From Bigelowiella natans CCMP2755 (Eukaryota; Protista; Cercozoa), in assembly GCA_000320545.1 (NCBI GenBank), contig ADNK01000979.1, forward strand, positions 1-64,000: 64,000 bases of DNA, written 5' to 3'. Below are positions 36,184 to 50,003 of this stretch, in pieces. A program made the position numbers and the translations under genes. The notes below the pieces were generated by a model, which saw only the letters and a program-made list of their open reading frames with translations, made no database searches and was not told where the DNA came from. Every line of letters starts with the position of its first letter. Position 1 is the first letter of the stretch.

Positions 36184-37983
36184 ATGTATGCACGCCAACA
36201 CACCTCCCTTCCACCCTCCTATGTTCCCCAGCCTGGGAGGCCTGGGCCGGGAGCAGGTGTATGGACACCTCAGCAAAACTATAGAGATGGTATGGCAGCA
36301 GAGAGAGGAGGTAGTTCTAGAGATGCATACGCAAAGCCACAAGCTAAGTCAAAACGTGGAGCCAAGGACGGGGCACGTTGGCATTGTCCTCTAGGATGTG
36401 GGAAGTTCTATAGAAAAAGCAGCTCCCGTTCTATACAAAAGCATCGTATTACTTGTTTTAATAACTACATGAACGTGCAATCCTTAAATTGCCAGGAAAT
36501 ATTTGGGGATGACCTTCGCTTGAAGATTCTGTCTAACACCGAGAATAGTAACCTTTCTGCGGACTCCAAAAATCCACAGGGAGCAAACGGTGAGAAAGGC
36601 CAGGCAGTTTCTACAAATCTTGCGAGTACCGTCGTTCACTACTTCTGCGTAGGGGGGAGGAAGGGACGCATCCTTTCAACATTCAAATCGCCAATTTGCA
36701 ATGTCTCGGAGCAGCGTTTGAGATATCAGTGCAGCCAGATACTGATCCATGCTGCCAAGACCGACACAGAGATGGTGCAAATGATGGCTTCTAACTCAGA
36801 AATGATATATTATCATCAAAGCGGGATTATGAACAATCAAGCTTTAATATTCATCGTGGCAGTACCTTCCTCTTATCGGGGAGATCCGATCGTTCAGGTT
36901 TTATCAGACTTCAAGAAGACATATAAGGCAAAACAGAACCAAGCGGCACAGAACATGTCTCCAAATTCACAATTCTCCTCTGCCTACCTAGAGAGCATTG
37001 CCTTGAGCAAACAAAAAGTCCCGCAGCCAAAAAATCCTCCAAAGGGCCCTTCTCCTCGACCTGCTGTACTTAGCGGTGATAGCGGTGAATGTAAAAAATG
37101 GCCAACGCAGAAGAGCCTTTACTATCGTAGACCCAAACAGAGCAGGATGCTCCCCGATTCTATCCCGCCTTCAGATTCCAGAAGAATAGCACGACATCCC
37201 AATTCCATGCTGAATAGCACTGGCGACTATCGCCCTGTCCCTCCTGCTGCAGTCGCTCGGAATGTTCGCGGATACCATGGCCAGGACATGTACCACAACG
37301 GATCAGGCCGTCCAGTTGGAGCAATGCCATACTCTGATAATTCCCGATTGAATAATCTTCCTGTGCGAGGAGGTCCAAATGACCCATACGCTGCTGCTGC
37401 TGCTGCTGTGTCTGAAAATAATAGGAACATGCAGAACTACATGTCTGCCGCTGCTTATAGTGATTACAGAGACCAGGCTGCTGTCTACCGCAATGCACCG
37501 CCGCCATACCCGACGGAAGGGTACGTTCGCCGACAGCCCCTGCCGACGCGGCCAAACAAGAAGTGGCATGCGCTCGAAATGGAGCATCAAGATCAGAGCC
37601 ATCGTAACCAGCATTTCCAACAATATACTCCCGACCCTCACAACGTATGGAGAGAAGGAGTTCCTGAACCCGTCAAGAACCGAACCTTTGATGCTAACGG
37701 CGCGCCGACAGCTGTAATATCGAGGAAAAGATATGCGTCGAATGCTGATCCTGTAACTCAATCGATGAAACGTTTTAGAGGTGGCAACTATGCGGAGCAG
37801 CCAAAACAACGAGAACCGCCAATAGCAAAGGGTGCCGATTCTGCGTCTTCCGGTATGGGAAACGGGGTTCCAGCAGACTTGATGAAAAGCATTCGTCAAA
37901 GGGAAGCTATGTTCGAGGCGAAGAGCGCTCAGTTGAGAAGCAGGATGGAGAAGCTGCGTCACGAAAAGTTGCTATCGAAGTAG
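36184..37983 (+). CDS. C2HC zinc finger + longin-like domain + disordered region protein, intronless
   Basis: 599-aa ORF. CPLGCGKFYRKSSSRSIQKHRITC finger. Longin-like pattern VVHYFCVG...ILSTF...LIFIVAVPSSY...VLSDFKKTY. Confidence 0.75.
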   Translation: MYARQHTSLPPSYVPQPGRPGPGAGVWTPQQNYRDGMAAERGGSSRDAYAKPQAKSKRGAKDGARWHCPLGCGKFYRKSSSRSIQKHRITCFNNYMNVQSLNCQEIFGDDLRLKILSNTENSNLSADSKNPQGANGEKGQAVSTNLASTVVHYFCVGGRKGRILSTFKSPICNVSEQRLRYQCSQILIHAAKTDTEMVQMMASNSEMIYYHQSGIMNNQALIFIVAVPSSYRGDPIVQVLSDFKKTYKAKQNQAAQNMSPNSQFSSAYLESIALSKQKVPQPKNPPKGPSPRPAVLSGDSGECKKWPTQKSLYYRRPKQSRMLPDSIPPSDSRRIARHPNSMLNSTGDYRPVPPAAVARNVRGYHGQDMYHNGSGRPVGAMPYSDNSRLNNLPVRGGPNDPYAAAAAAVSENNRNMQNYMSAAAYSDYRDQAAVYRNAPPPYPTEGYVRRQPLPTRPNKKWHALEMEHQDQSHRNQHFQQYTPDPHNVWREGVPEPVKNRTFDANGAPTAVISRKRYASNADPVTQSMKRFRGGNYAEQPKQREPPIAKGADSASSGMGNGVPADLMKSIRQREAMFEAKSAQLRSRMEKLRHEKLLSK

Positions 37984-39001
37984 TAGTCTCAACGATCGTC
38001 ACTTGTAGAATAGAAATCGTTGGAACTTTCCTGCCTCGATATGATGTTTGGGAAACCAACGATAAATAGCAATTATTAAATGTAGTAGACGTCGGTGCCC
38101 TCCTTTGTTCGTTGGACATTGAGGAGACCTAACCATAGCGTGAAAATAATAAAATCTGTTGTCAGAGCAAGTAGTAGCAGCGCTTGCTGTGCGTCGGTGT
38201 ATGTGTGCGTGCATCATTGGACTTAGAGATGTTACGCATATCTTCAGATGTAAACGTGCATGTACAAGCTACATAGCCACATGTGTCTGTGTCTAGATGT
38301 ACGATTGCGGGCGCCAGATGTGCATGGCTGCGTACGTAGCCGGCGCTACATCTAGATGGCTGTATGTGCAATATGCAGCAGCGCTCAACATGTTGTGTCT
38401 GTTCGTTGGGCTTTATTCCATTGTCGTCATGCACGTGTGTTATGCATATGCATGCATGTGAGAAACCATCCTCTTTGTGTCGCGCACGACATGCGACGTG
38501 TAGTACATAGTACATACAGTAGCAGCGTGCGTGCACATGTACATATATACATGCATGCTTGAAAAAAATTAATTCTTCATTACATTCGTCTCATACATGC
38601 ATGCTTGCTTCTGCCTACGTAGCATCTGCGTCTAAAGCATCATTGCACTCCGCGGCTGGCTATATGGCCAGTGCCTACTAGCACAGGTTGTAAGCTAACG
38701 TACACATGCCCTAATGTGCTGTGCAAGACAGCAACTAAATGACATGACGTCCGTGCAGCGCGCGCTAGCAGAGCGTTTGATGGTGCATGCTACGCTACTT
38801 ACAATAATAGGTTGTAGCAATATGTAGCAGTATAGCAGGAGCAAATAATAGTAGAAATGATCATACACATCACACGGCGTCATCATGGCTAACCTGCTTC
38901 TCGCTGCGATACACCAGTTTTATTTAGATGATTTAAATGCTCGCTACGATTAGTTGTTACGTTGAAAGGACGGAAATCGTGTGCAACGACTATGAATCCG
39001 T

Positions 39002-40261
39002 CTAGTCATACTTTGTTGACTCTTGAGACTTCTCTGGGGAGCTCGCAGATAAGATTTCGTCCACCCGAGCTCGTGCTCTGCGGAGTGACTGCCGAAAGGC
39101 TGCCCGAGCTCCTCTGACAACAGGCTCTACAGTTGATGATTGGAGGAGTGGCAATTTTTTTCTGGTGGAAGATGTCTTGACCGATACTTTTTCGAGACTG
39201 TGGTTTGACGTTGCATCCAGTGAACATGAGGCACCTGCGCGGCTCCTTGCCAAATCCGGTGCCTCTGGACCAGTATTTAATGGTGTTCTCGAATGTTTCT
39301 TATCCTGAAGTTTGCGATGTTGCCTTTGCTCATCCTCCCTCTCTGGCTGCACGTAGTCGCCATTCTCTCGCTTGCCACCTTCAGTCGCTGAGTTAATTTT
39401 TTCGTTGGCATTGACTGTAGGGCTGAGATCTTCGTGATTTATTGGAACAGAGTCAAAGCATACAGACGATGACAATTTAGTAGTCGTGGCTTGGCCTGGA
39501 TATATCTGTCTTCTTGTGAGCTTCATCGCCTGATCTGCACCGATTGCTGAAGCAGAACTGGAAGGTACAGTGCTGGTGGCGGTGGAAATTGATGTCGTGG
39601 ACAGGGCGAGGCTGTTCTCTACGGTACAACAATAACACGACGATTTAGCACGGGGCAGAAGTACAAGAGCTTCTATTCGGTATCGGTGATCATTGACAAC
39701 GAATCTACTGAGAGGTTTGTCGTGCGAGTTGTGAAACAAAAATACGCGGTTTTCCGGGAAATGAAGTGTTTCAGGTGAAGAGGGATAATAACCTAATTTA
39801 ACTGTCTTGTTTCCACGCCGCCTTTGTATCGGCACCGGTGAACGTCCGCCAGGTAGAGAGGGGAAGCCTCCGTCCCCAGCAGCTATGATGGCCTCTTTCT
39901 GCAGATGTGTTGTTTGAAGGAGGGGGGAGGGGAAAAGATAATTAAACATCGTGTGAAATTTGCATGTGGGAACGGCGTTTCTTAATCTCCATACCATGAG
40001 TCGCTCTGCAGACTCGTTTGCAATCCTATTGTATCCTGCCGATTCTACTGCGATATCAGCCGCACCTAGAACCTCATCCTGCAATGAAAAACAAGTATCA
40101 CTTGCTCGATCATCACCATGATAATAAATTTCACGCTCAAAAAAAGAAATGTTGATATAATGAAACTGCGTTCAGCAAAAGTGCCCACAACTTTGTCTAC
40201 CCAACGTCAGTCTCAGCCTAGCTATTTACTGGGTATCAATTTCTATAATTTTTAAATATGA

Positions 40262-40296
<35 letters not shown>

Positions 40297-42089
40297 CTAT
40301 AAATATTGTGCAAATATCTTATTGGTAGCAGTGGATTGCCGACAATTACGTTTGGATATTTCTTTGAAGGTTGGGCTAAGCTATTATTGCTCTTGCCATG
40401 TGCCTTTGCTGGCTTCGACTTCGTTTTGATCTTCTTCTTCGAGACAGCAACGGCAGGCTGAATCTCACGAATTTCACGGAGGGTGCGATCATCATTTGCA
40501 GCGTGCTCGTTCAGAGACTTTGCAGTTCCATCGGAGCCATATTTGAGGTCATCCGTATTATGCGTGCAATCGGAAAGATTATTCTCGCTCGCAGAATCAT
40601 CATCAGTGGCAGCGCTGGCAGCAGCAACAGGGACAGCACCTGAGGCGATGAGCTCGTCTTTCTCTTGTGGGAGATCTCTGTCATCGGTAGAGCTCGGAGA
40701 GCTTGGAGTTTTGAGGCCTCTAGAGAAGCTTGAACTCCGGGAATGGCTCCGAAGATCATGGTGGCGGTGTATGTAGTTGTCCACATCCTCGTCGGTATTA
40801 GGCTCGGGGAGGTCACGACGCCGCTGTCGTGGTTTGAAGGGTATGGTGATCTTCCTCATCGTCGTATTTATACGGGCATTATTTACGAGAGCTCGCTGGC
40901 GTTTGGTGCCGCCATCTTCTTGCAGCATTTTCGCCTGCACAATATGCCTGAAGCTTGCTCCGTTAGCAGCCTCTAGCACCTTGGCCTCCAAACGGCCTAT
41001 GTATTCATCGCGTTTTTTTTCCTTCTCTTTTGCTTTCTTCTTCTGATCTAGCAGAAACCGCACACGACGCACAGCGCCGAGGAGCCTACTTTCACTGCGA
41101 GAAAGATTTCCTTTTAACCTTCGAATCTCCTGCAGACGTTCAGCGTGCAGCTTTTTGTTTCTTTCCTTTTCTGTTGTTAACATATTCTGCAAAACTCTCA
41201 CCTCCTCCTCTGCTCGCTTCAGCTTTGCTTTTATTTTGCTAAAGAGGTCTGAATTCCATGTCTGTTGGCGCCTAACAACCTCTGGGATTGAAAAATCTTC
41301 AGGGGGCTCTGACTCTACCAGCAGCTGCTCTGTGGCCACATTTCGCCAGAACTCGTCTTTCCTCTTAGTAGCGATTTGGCGCTTTTTCTCGGTATTCATC
41401 AGTTCTTCTACAAGTGTCCTAAGTTTAGTGTGAGACATTTCTAGTTCCTTGATCCTCTCGTTTCCCGCATTCGCTACTTTCTCCGCGCTTGCAGCTCGTT
41501 TCTGAAGCCTTCGTTGACAATCCATCGCTTCTTCGGCTCTGGTGCTGAAGTCCCTCTTCAACTCTACATTCTCAGCGAGCCTATTCGCCGCTAGCTTTTT
41601 CAACGTTTCATGCTCAACCTGCAAGTTCCGATACGCTGCAATCGTATCTGAAAACGAATCAACGGTGTAATGACTTCCATTTGGCAGATCGTCTTTCTTA
41701 GCATTCTCTTCGCCTTTGGCATCTTCCTCCTCACTAACCACAAACCGCTCATTTCCCCTGCTGTTGCCATTATAGACATCGCGGTATTCGTGTGCTGCTG
41801 CGGCGACTATCTTGGACTTCTCGAGTTCCTTCTCCCGCTGCAACTGTCTTATTTGGCGCTTTAGCTCTTCTGCCTGATCAGCTGCTTCTTTCTCCCGCTT
41901 CGCCGCCCCTTTTCGGATTCTTTCTAACGTACCGGCATGGCGTTTGGCCTGGGCACCGTACGCTCGGACTTGTGCTCGCAGCTGTGTTACTATTGCATCA
42001 ACCCGGGAGGTGTTGGCTGCTGTGCTCTGGCCTGCTGGCGGACGCGATTTTGCACCACGTTTCTGCTTTTTCTGGGGCACTCCCCTCAT
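39002..42089 (-). CDS. Long coiled-coil protein, two exons (intron ~40082-40349)
   Basis: 617-aa and 360-aa ORFs separated by an intron with a GTAATT donor, a (CA)n tract and a TTGCAG acceptor. Extensive heptads. Confidence 0.7.
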
Positions 42090-42935
42090 TTTCTATGCCC
42101 TCTTGTTTCCTCTAAGATGTGTCCCAATTCTTACTCAGGGATGGGGAGGAAGCGGCACGGCGGTCACTGAGGGGTACATGGCCAACGGGCCATACACATG
42201 ATTAGATGAGCAGTTTCAGGCTGACAGCCGTTAACGGGATACGATGTGTTGTGCGAGTTGTTGCATGTGTTCGTACTTGTCTATGGGACAATGTAACTAC
42301 GTAATATCCCGGGAGAAAAATAAGTTTAATGTTATGATATGTTTCGTATAATTTTATGTCTAAGTGTATGATTTGTCTTGGGGTCGAATATCTAAAAATA
42401 GCCACTTTATTTTCGAGCGAAAACAAGTGGTGTAGTGGCCGGTAAAGAGAGGTCAAAGGAAACAGTGTTCTATAGAAGAGCCTGTCAAAATTAAATCGAA
42501 ATAATATCGTAAAGCGAGAGTATATTTCCATGTATACATTGCTACTTCAGGGCTGACTCAGGAGGCGACTTAATCTACGACGAAATAACTAAGCCTTTTA
42601 CCATGTAAATGTCGTAGAAAACACTGGTACTCGAATCACACACCGAAACATTTGTTTTGTGCTCAATACTCATGTCGCAAAGATAAAATCCAACCACATT
42701 CAACCGAAAAAAGACGGTTTCAAGAAAAAAACGACGACAAGCAGGCGTTTTTTCCCAGACATGTCTGTGTGTCGTCGTTTCACCTGAAGAATACAACTCC
42801 TGCTGTCCGTCCTGCTCTGCCTCGAGATCTGCACGAAAGAGCTTTTGAGGTGGGAGGGGTAGAAGGAGTAGCAGACTACACGCCTGGCTCAGCCCAAAAA
42901 TTGCAGCAGCCATTGTACGACTGGACACGATAGAG

Positions 42936-43204
42936 ATGTCTGGACCAGCATGTGCTGCAATCGCGCGGCTCCGCCCCCCAGAGAAGAAGGCCCAGCCGGG
43001 ATTCATTGGCGACGAGCAGACGAACACGGTTCGCAACGCGGCTGGGCTCGAAACATCGTTTTCCAAAGTGTATCTTCCTACCACAAACCTCCTGGCAATG
43101 TTCACTGAGAGCCTGAGGGCTAAGGTGTTCAGAGTGATGGAGGGCAGGAATGTGTGTCTTTGCGCATATGGCACACCGAATTCTGGAAACAAGGAGGTGC
43201 GTAC

Positions 43205-43241
<37 letters not shown>

Positions 43242-43356
43242 TTGGTGGTGTAAGTCTAAAAATAGTACAAGAACAACAATTTACATATTTGCGTGTGTAT
43301 GTGTGCTAGTTGGGGGATTCGACGAAAAGTCCCATTGTCATTGTCATAAGATGTAC

Positions 43357-43399
<43 letters not shown>

Positions 43400-43581
43400 A
43401 CATTATATAAAATGTTATTTGAAGATGATGTTTGGCTCGGACGATGGAACCGGAGTCATTAGTATGGCTATACAGGTATATGATAATTACCTTGCCTTCT
43501 TCCTTCGCCTCTGCCTCTCTTCCCCCCTCCCCCTCTTCTGATTCTTCAACTACAATACCCCGACCTTCTCTACTTCACCAC

Positions 43582-43642
<61 letters not shown>

Positions 43643-44745
43643 TATGCGAATGCTAAATTAACCTGTAACTTTCTATCCAGACACTGTTTGCGATGATGGA
43701 GTCAGGAGATAAGAACTTCTGTGTCACGGTAGAGACCTTGTATGATAGCTAAACTTGCGAGGAGGTGGGTGGGGAGTGTAGGCGATAGACATAGCAGCTG
43801 CATACGTCTAAAATAATCTCATTTATTACACAAACACAACATCCTAGGTCTCCATGTGTCAAGTAGCCTCGGACATGGTAGTGGATCTGCTTAATCCTAC
43901 GGACGAAGCCTCGCTCCAGGTGTAAGCACGTCCGCATTCATACGAGTATTAGCCTTTGATGCGCACAGCCCCTACGTGCACATCCACGGCCTCATTCAGT
44001 AACATCTTAGATCAAGACAAACCGATCTGGTTTTTACATCGAAGGGCAGAGTTATCAAATTGGCAGGAACGAAGGTGACAGCAATCCCAAATCACATTAG
44101 AGGACATTAGAGGAATCTTCCATGTTTGTAGTGCCAAATATGTGCCGCTGTTTCTGAACCGGGTTGAGAACGCAACACATCAATTGCTTGTCTTGGCGCG
44201 AAATCTTCCACGCTCCACATCAAAATTTGTGAATTACTATTTACTGTGTCAAAGGCGAAACAGTTGAGATTATAAACCAAGGACTGCGGGTTCATAAGGC
44301 TTTAACGACTCAGGTATTGGCTCTCTTTATTTCCCCCTCCCTCCCTCCCTCCCTCCCTCCTACCGTATTCACAATGTATTGTGTACTTCTACGTGTAGAT
44401 GCAAACCGTAGCGAAACCACAAATCCTGATCGATGTGGTGGTTGAGTCGTGCTCCAAAGGAAGCCATTTGGACCAGATCGTTTCAGGTGATTTTTTAAAA
44501 AGTTAGGGAGGGCGGGGGGGGGAGAAGGAGAGAGTGAGGACCGTACGGATATGAACGTGTATGTATCTCCCCTCCCCTTTCAGGAAAGCTTAGGTTAGCC
44601 CTGATTGAGTCTGGAAAGGAGGCTCTCACCCTAGATAATGGCCTACGAAACCTTGTAGCAGGTAGTGATTTTTTTTTTTTTTTTCCTATAATGAATACTA
44701 CTGTGCTACTGCGACTACTAATGCTGAATATCGGGAAATTCTTCC

Positions 44746-44787
<42 letters not shown>

Positions 44788-45327
44788 GTCTCGCTCGCTC
44801 GCTCCCCCCCCCGCCTTTCACTGCGTGTGTGTGTGTGTGTATTTTTGTGTGTATTGACCTATTTATTGCTGCTAGTTATCCAATCGCTTGCCGCAGGAGT
44901 AGCTTCCAGCCAAGTAAGGAAAATATCTAACAATAGCAGGAATATCTAAATCCTGAAAAAAACATCAGCAACTTTCCTCCACTTTTTTGACGTGACAACA
45001 AAAATTGCAATGTTTTGCTTTGATTACGAAGAGGTTTCTTCTTTGTTGAAAAAAAATCCATTTTCACTTCACCTCCCACACCTCCACCATTACCATCGCC
45101 TTGACTGTGTAAAAAGTCTTGCTGGCCTTATATCATGTCACCCCAAGTGTTTTGTTCTCACTGCTTTGAATTCCTTCGGCACAGGTTCCTTATAATTCTT
45201 CGCCGCTTACACAGCTGCTAGCTCTTAATCTTGGCGGAAACTGTGAAACTACATTCATTGCTACAATCGATCCCATAGGAGAGACTGAAAGTACGTTGCA
45301 CGCTACCTGCATACATCATTGTGTGTG

Positions 45328-45367
<40 letters not shown>

Positions 45368-47649
45368 CGTGCGTGTACGTGCATGTTCTTCATGAAGCGC
45401 ACAGAATAGATACCGATCAGATTTTCAGCTGTACTATTCCTTTTTGTATTTCCTCGCAAGGCTGTATTAACACTTTTTGCTTGCACGAATCATTAAAGAG
45501 AAGGAGGTTGCACATATTTTAATTCATAATGGAGGATATTGCGTGTCCCGCGTCTATCTTCTTGCTTTTCGGTGTGTGGATGCATCGAAATTAATGAAAG
45601 CGATCTGACGGTGAAAATAACACAGGTATAGAGAAAATGCTGGCATTAATGACAAAGATTCCCAAGATTATCAATACTGCGGTCGTGAATAAAAGCATGC
45701 TTTCCTCCGAGATTCAAATCCTCAGGTGCTGATCGTGATCTGGAAAAATAAGCGAAAGCCACGCGGCACCTCCCGCGTGTGTGTCGGAGGATAAATTGGA
45801 ATTGAGTGATGAAAGATATGTCTCTAGACAATCTGCTATAAATGCAAGCGCACAGAAGATAACACACTCTCACAAAAAGGGCAGGGGAAAGAAAGACCGC
45901 ATATTCATACGGTTGTTGCTATTTTTTAGGAAGGAAATCCGGGCAGCCAGAGCCAAAATGAAGCTGTCGCAACCAGGCCGTTTTCTGCACGATATTGATC
46001 AGAAAGATCTCGCGGAGTTTCAGGTGCGCAATCATCTGGTTAATTTCTGGTGTTAGTGAAACCGGGCTGCTACCTTATTTATGTTCGTCTCTACTCTACC
46101 TAGAATAAGCTTAAAAATTTGGAGATTCTGAAGGAAACAACATGGGAAGCGAAACGGCAAAAGGTGCAAAGGAACATAACGTATAGTAGGAGGATGCGAC
46201 CTTGAAACTGCTTTCCGATAATGAAATACACTTCGATTAAATACTTATGTTTGCGTGTATGTGTCTATGTACATGCCTCTTTGTGCTCGTAGTCTGTCGA
46301 ATGGCGGGAGAAAAGAAAGACGTCACTACGGAAGCTTGGCTTGCTACACGTGCTTCAAGAAAAAATCGCTATCAACACCAAGGCAGAGCAGCAGGCCAAA
46401 GATGTAAGGATGATGATAACCCATCGCATGCCGTGTGTGGGCGTGTACATGGAGAGTTATAATCACTCGGATTAGTCTTGGAAATTTGAAAGTGTTTGAC
46501 GTTTGTTGTTATTATTCTTTACATCTCCTATCAGTTGAAGAAAGGCATCGTCGAGTCGCTTACCATGCTGAATCGCTATTCTAGCCACATCAAGAAAGAG
46601 GAAATGAGACAAACACAATGGGCGAGGTACTGTAGCTGCAACTAACTACTAGGAGCTCCCCTAACAGAATAGATAGCATCGAGATAGTGATTGCAGTGAA
46701 GCCAGAGGAATTATAATAGACACACAAACACATGTTTTGCGAGACCACGCAACACTTTGGCGCGCGCGCTTGATTGTCGATACGTTCACGGTACTCTTTT
46801 TCCAATAAAATTTAAAAAAAGTGATGAGAAATTCGACCCTCGGAAGATCGAGGCCTCCAAGGAAAAAGTGCGCAAGTATCAGAAACAACGAAAGGAAGAA
46901 ATGCTCAACTACGAGAAGCAGTCTCAGAAGTATCGGAAACTGATCGAATCAGGTGCCGTCATCACGATATCGCTACTTTTAACATAGCGCGTTGTCATTA
47001 TCGAACGGTGTTAATTTGCCAGCCCCTTTGCAACAAATGGGTGATGGCCTGAAAGCAAACATGCTGAACGACTTGAAAGACTCATTCCACTAACTAACAT
47101 ATATCATTGGCCGTGCATTTGTGTATACTTCATTCACAGCTGTCGAGGAGGAAGAGAGAAAGGTACGCAACTGAGATGTTTCGTCAAATTTGGCCCATGC
47201 AGCACACGTATACCTGAACGATGATGATAGCGACACGAAATGAACTACAACACACTCACACTTAAACTTATATGATCGATCTTCAGAGAAAAACGTACAT
47301 GATGTCGGCGGAACAACTGAGCGCATATCACTCAGACGTAGAGCATAACCTATTACACATCAGGTTTCAGATACATCAAATAGATAGCTGCAGAGAGATA
47401 GAGAGAGAGAGAGTTAAGATACACATGAAAATACTATCATTCATGAATCGATGATTTCTGGGGGAAATGGGAGCTTTTGGGCTGTTTGTCGGTATCTCAT
47501 GTTCCTCCTGTCTCTACTTGCTTTGCACACACGCAGTTTTGATAATAATAACGAACTGGTCGATTCACTCATCGACTTGGAGAGGAAAAAGTGTGCGGAC
47601 CTTGTAGAATTCAAAGAGGCGGACGACAAAGTTCGGGGACACATTGAGG

Positions 47650-47688
<39 letters not shown>

Positions 47689-48539
47689 TTATTTTGTATA
47701 TTTGCTTCAATTTGTATTTAATCTGTGCTCGAACATGTGTACACACCATTCATTCTCTGCATCATCATCATCATCATCATCATCCAATATGTAGGCGCGA
47801 TATGAAGCTGAGAAAAAGGCTATTCGTCGAGGGTTGGAGAGAGAACACCTCAAAGAATTGCTGGTAGTTCAAAATACAGCTTTCATAAGATTCAAATCGC
47901 CGTGAAATTGAGGACGAAATTACGATGTAATTTGCTTCTCTTCTTCTTCTTCATCACCTTCTTCATTTTTCAGGTCGAGAATAAGTTCCGATACGAAGCA
48001 TTCATGCACCGCAATGAAGTACACATGCTGGACATCTTCAAACAGTAAGAAACTAACGACGATTTTTTACTGTTGCCGCAAATCGCTAGTCTAGTAGTTT
48101 TAGTGGAGGATATGAAAGCAAAATTTCCCCATTTCGAGGCACCAACCTTCTCCGCGCCAGGGGTGGCTAGATATATTTTATTTGAATTTAACGATCTCGA
48201 AATTCCAGATTTCTGCTGCAGCTTTACATTTTTATAATATCTCGATAGGTATCGTGAGCATTTTGAAGAGCAGAAACGAGAAATGGAACATCGTTACCGC
48301 AACATCTTGAAGCAATCAGTCCAGGACGCAGTCCTTTTGCAGGTAGTTGCGCATGTAACATTTTTAGGATGGGGCACACAAAAGTAAATCCATATATGGA
48401 AATCATTACCACATTTCGCGTAAGAGAATTGGTGTGAATACATGATTCTCACATGTCTCCAATTTTTGTGCAGAAAAAAAACCTAGAACTTCAGGCTCAA
48501 GTCAATTTCTTGCAGAAAAACTCTCAAGGATTTCGCTGA
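42936..48539 (+). CDS. Kinesin-like protein with degenerate motor domain and coiled-coil tail, multi-exon
   Basis: IARLRP, FSKVY, VMEGRNVCLCAYGTPNSGNK, VDLL, GKLRLALIESG and SLLTQLLALNLGGNCETTFIATIDP follow the kinesin motor order. Coiled-coil exons run to TGA at 48537-48539. Confidence 0.75.
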
Positions 48540-50003
48540 AAACATGAATAAGTTGTGTTGATGTTATGCACACAACCCGCCCCCGAGAACATCTTGCGCA
48601 CTTGTGACACAATGCTCACCACGATGATGCGGTTGACCGGAGCGAGGCGGGAGACGACTGACACAAATGAAATTGTTTTTGTGCAATGCTAACACTCGTT
48701 CGTACAATCCTAACATGTCACCTGTACTGCACTGGTACACTGCAATTAGGCACATGTCTAGATGGACATGCTTTGCACGCACGTGCGTGGTGCTACGCAC
48801 CTGCTAGCCTGGTGTCGAATCAATGTGGCGAGCGTGCTCATTTTGCCATGTGTGCATGCGTGATCGACAGCATGCAATGCAATCGCACAATGAACCTTCA
48901 ATGATGGATTGACGTCGCGCTGACATCAGCCATCAGCTGATCGCAGCTTCATGTCCAGGTGTGCGCAGCATGAATGGTGTTTTGTCTCCGACCTGCAAAC
49001 AACGCGTGTCAAATGGTCACGCGACTAGCTCCGTCCATTTGTGCATGCGCGCGTACAATCATCGATGGCTGGCATCGCATAGATGGCCAAACGCAACATG
49101 CACATGGGCTGCATGGCGCGCACGCACGTGCGAACACGTGCAGTTTCCACACCTGTTCTTTGCAAAAGCACACATGCCACAAAGTGCATGTGAGATCAAT
49201 CACACACACGTCCCAGAGAACATGTGTTCTGAACCCGGGTGCGCTAGATGTAGCCACATGTGGGCTACACGCAATCGCACACGCTGCGCATGCAGCCATT
49301 TCATCTAGCGCATGCATGTGCAGATGACTCGTGCAAGCATGCAAATAAAAAAGTTTCATGTGACAAGGTCACAACTATACAACGTACGTGCCATGCATGC
49401 GCGATCATCATTGCGCGCGTAGCACAGCACACATGCATTGCAAGTGCATGCGATGCAGCGTGCGTGCGCTATTTTGAATGGCCATTTGTGCCACATGTGT
49501 TCAGAGTAGCATGTATCGTCATAACGCGCGCCGTAATAAGCGTAGCGTGCGTGATACGATCGGCCGATACATGTGCTTGAACACATTTTGTGATAGTGTG
49601 AAAGTGTCATATGCGAATAGATACGACATATATGCGCTGCATGTAGCCGCTGCTTTGCATAGCTACATTGAAAAGGTTTAATCACGCGCTTTAGATGCTG
49701 CGCATTATCATGTATGAATGCATGTATAATATCGTAATAGTCCAGCAGCAGCGGCCGCATGATACGACGCTATTTCATGCTGGCAACCTACCCACGTACA
49801 TAGCCTACACTTCCCTGCTAACTCTCTGCCAACTTACTTTGTTACAATAATAGTGTAAAACTTAGTGAGGCGACTCGACGAATGTGCTAATATGCCGGAT
49901 GATGGCTCCGCACGCTTTATTTACCGCACATAGCCACATTGTCGGTACATTACGTCATTGCTCATCACACCCCGCTATGAATTGGCTAGTACATGAATCG
50001 TAT

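Noticed and set aside
39640-39990. CKK (CAMSAP)-like domain in exon 2 of the coiled-coil gene
   Set aside because: Only a faint resemblance by eye; cannot be supported without a profile search.
48961-49359. Overlapping Cys/His-rich ORFs resembling metal-binding proteins (also ~13395-13940, ~38162-38562 and ~61274-61623)
   Set aside because: Artefact of TGCA/CATG-rich composition, which yields C/H/M/A codons and few stops in all frames.
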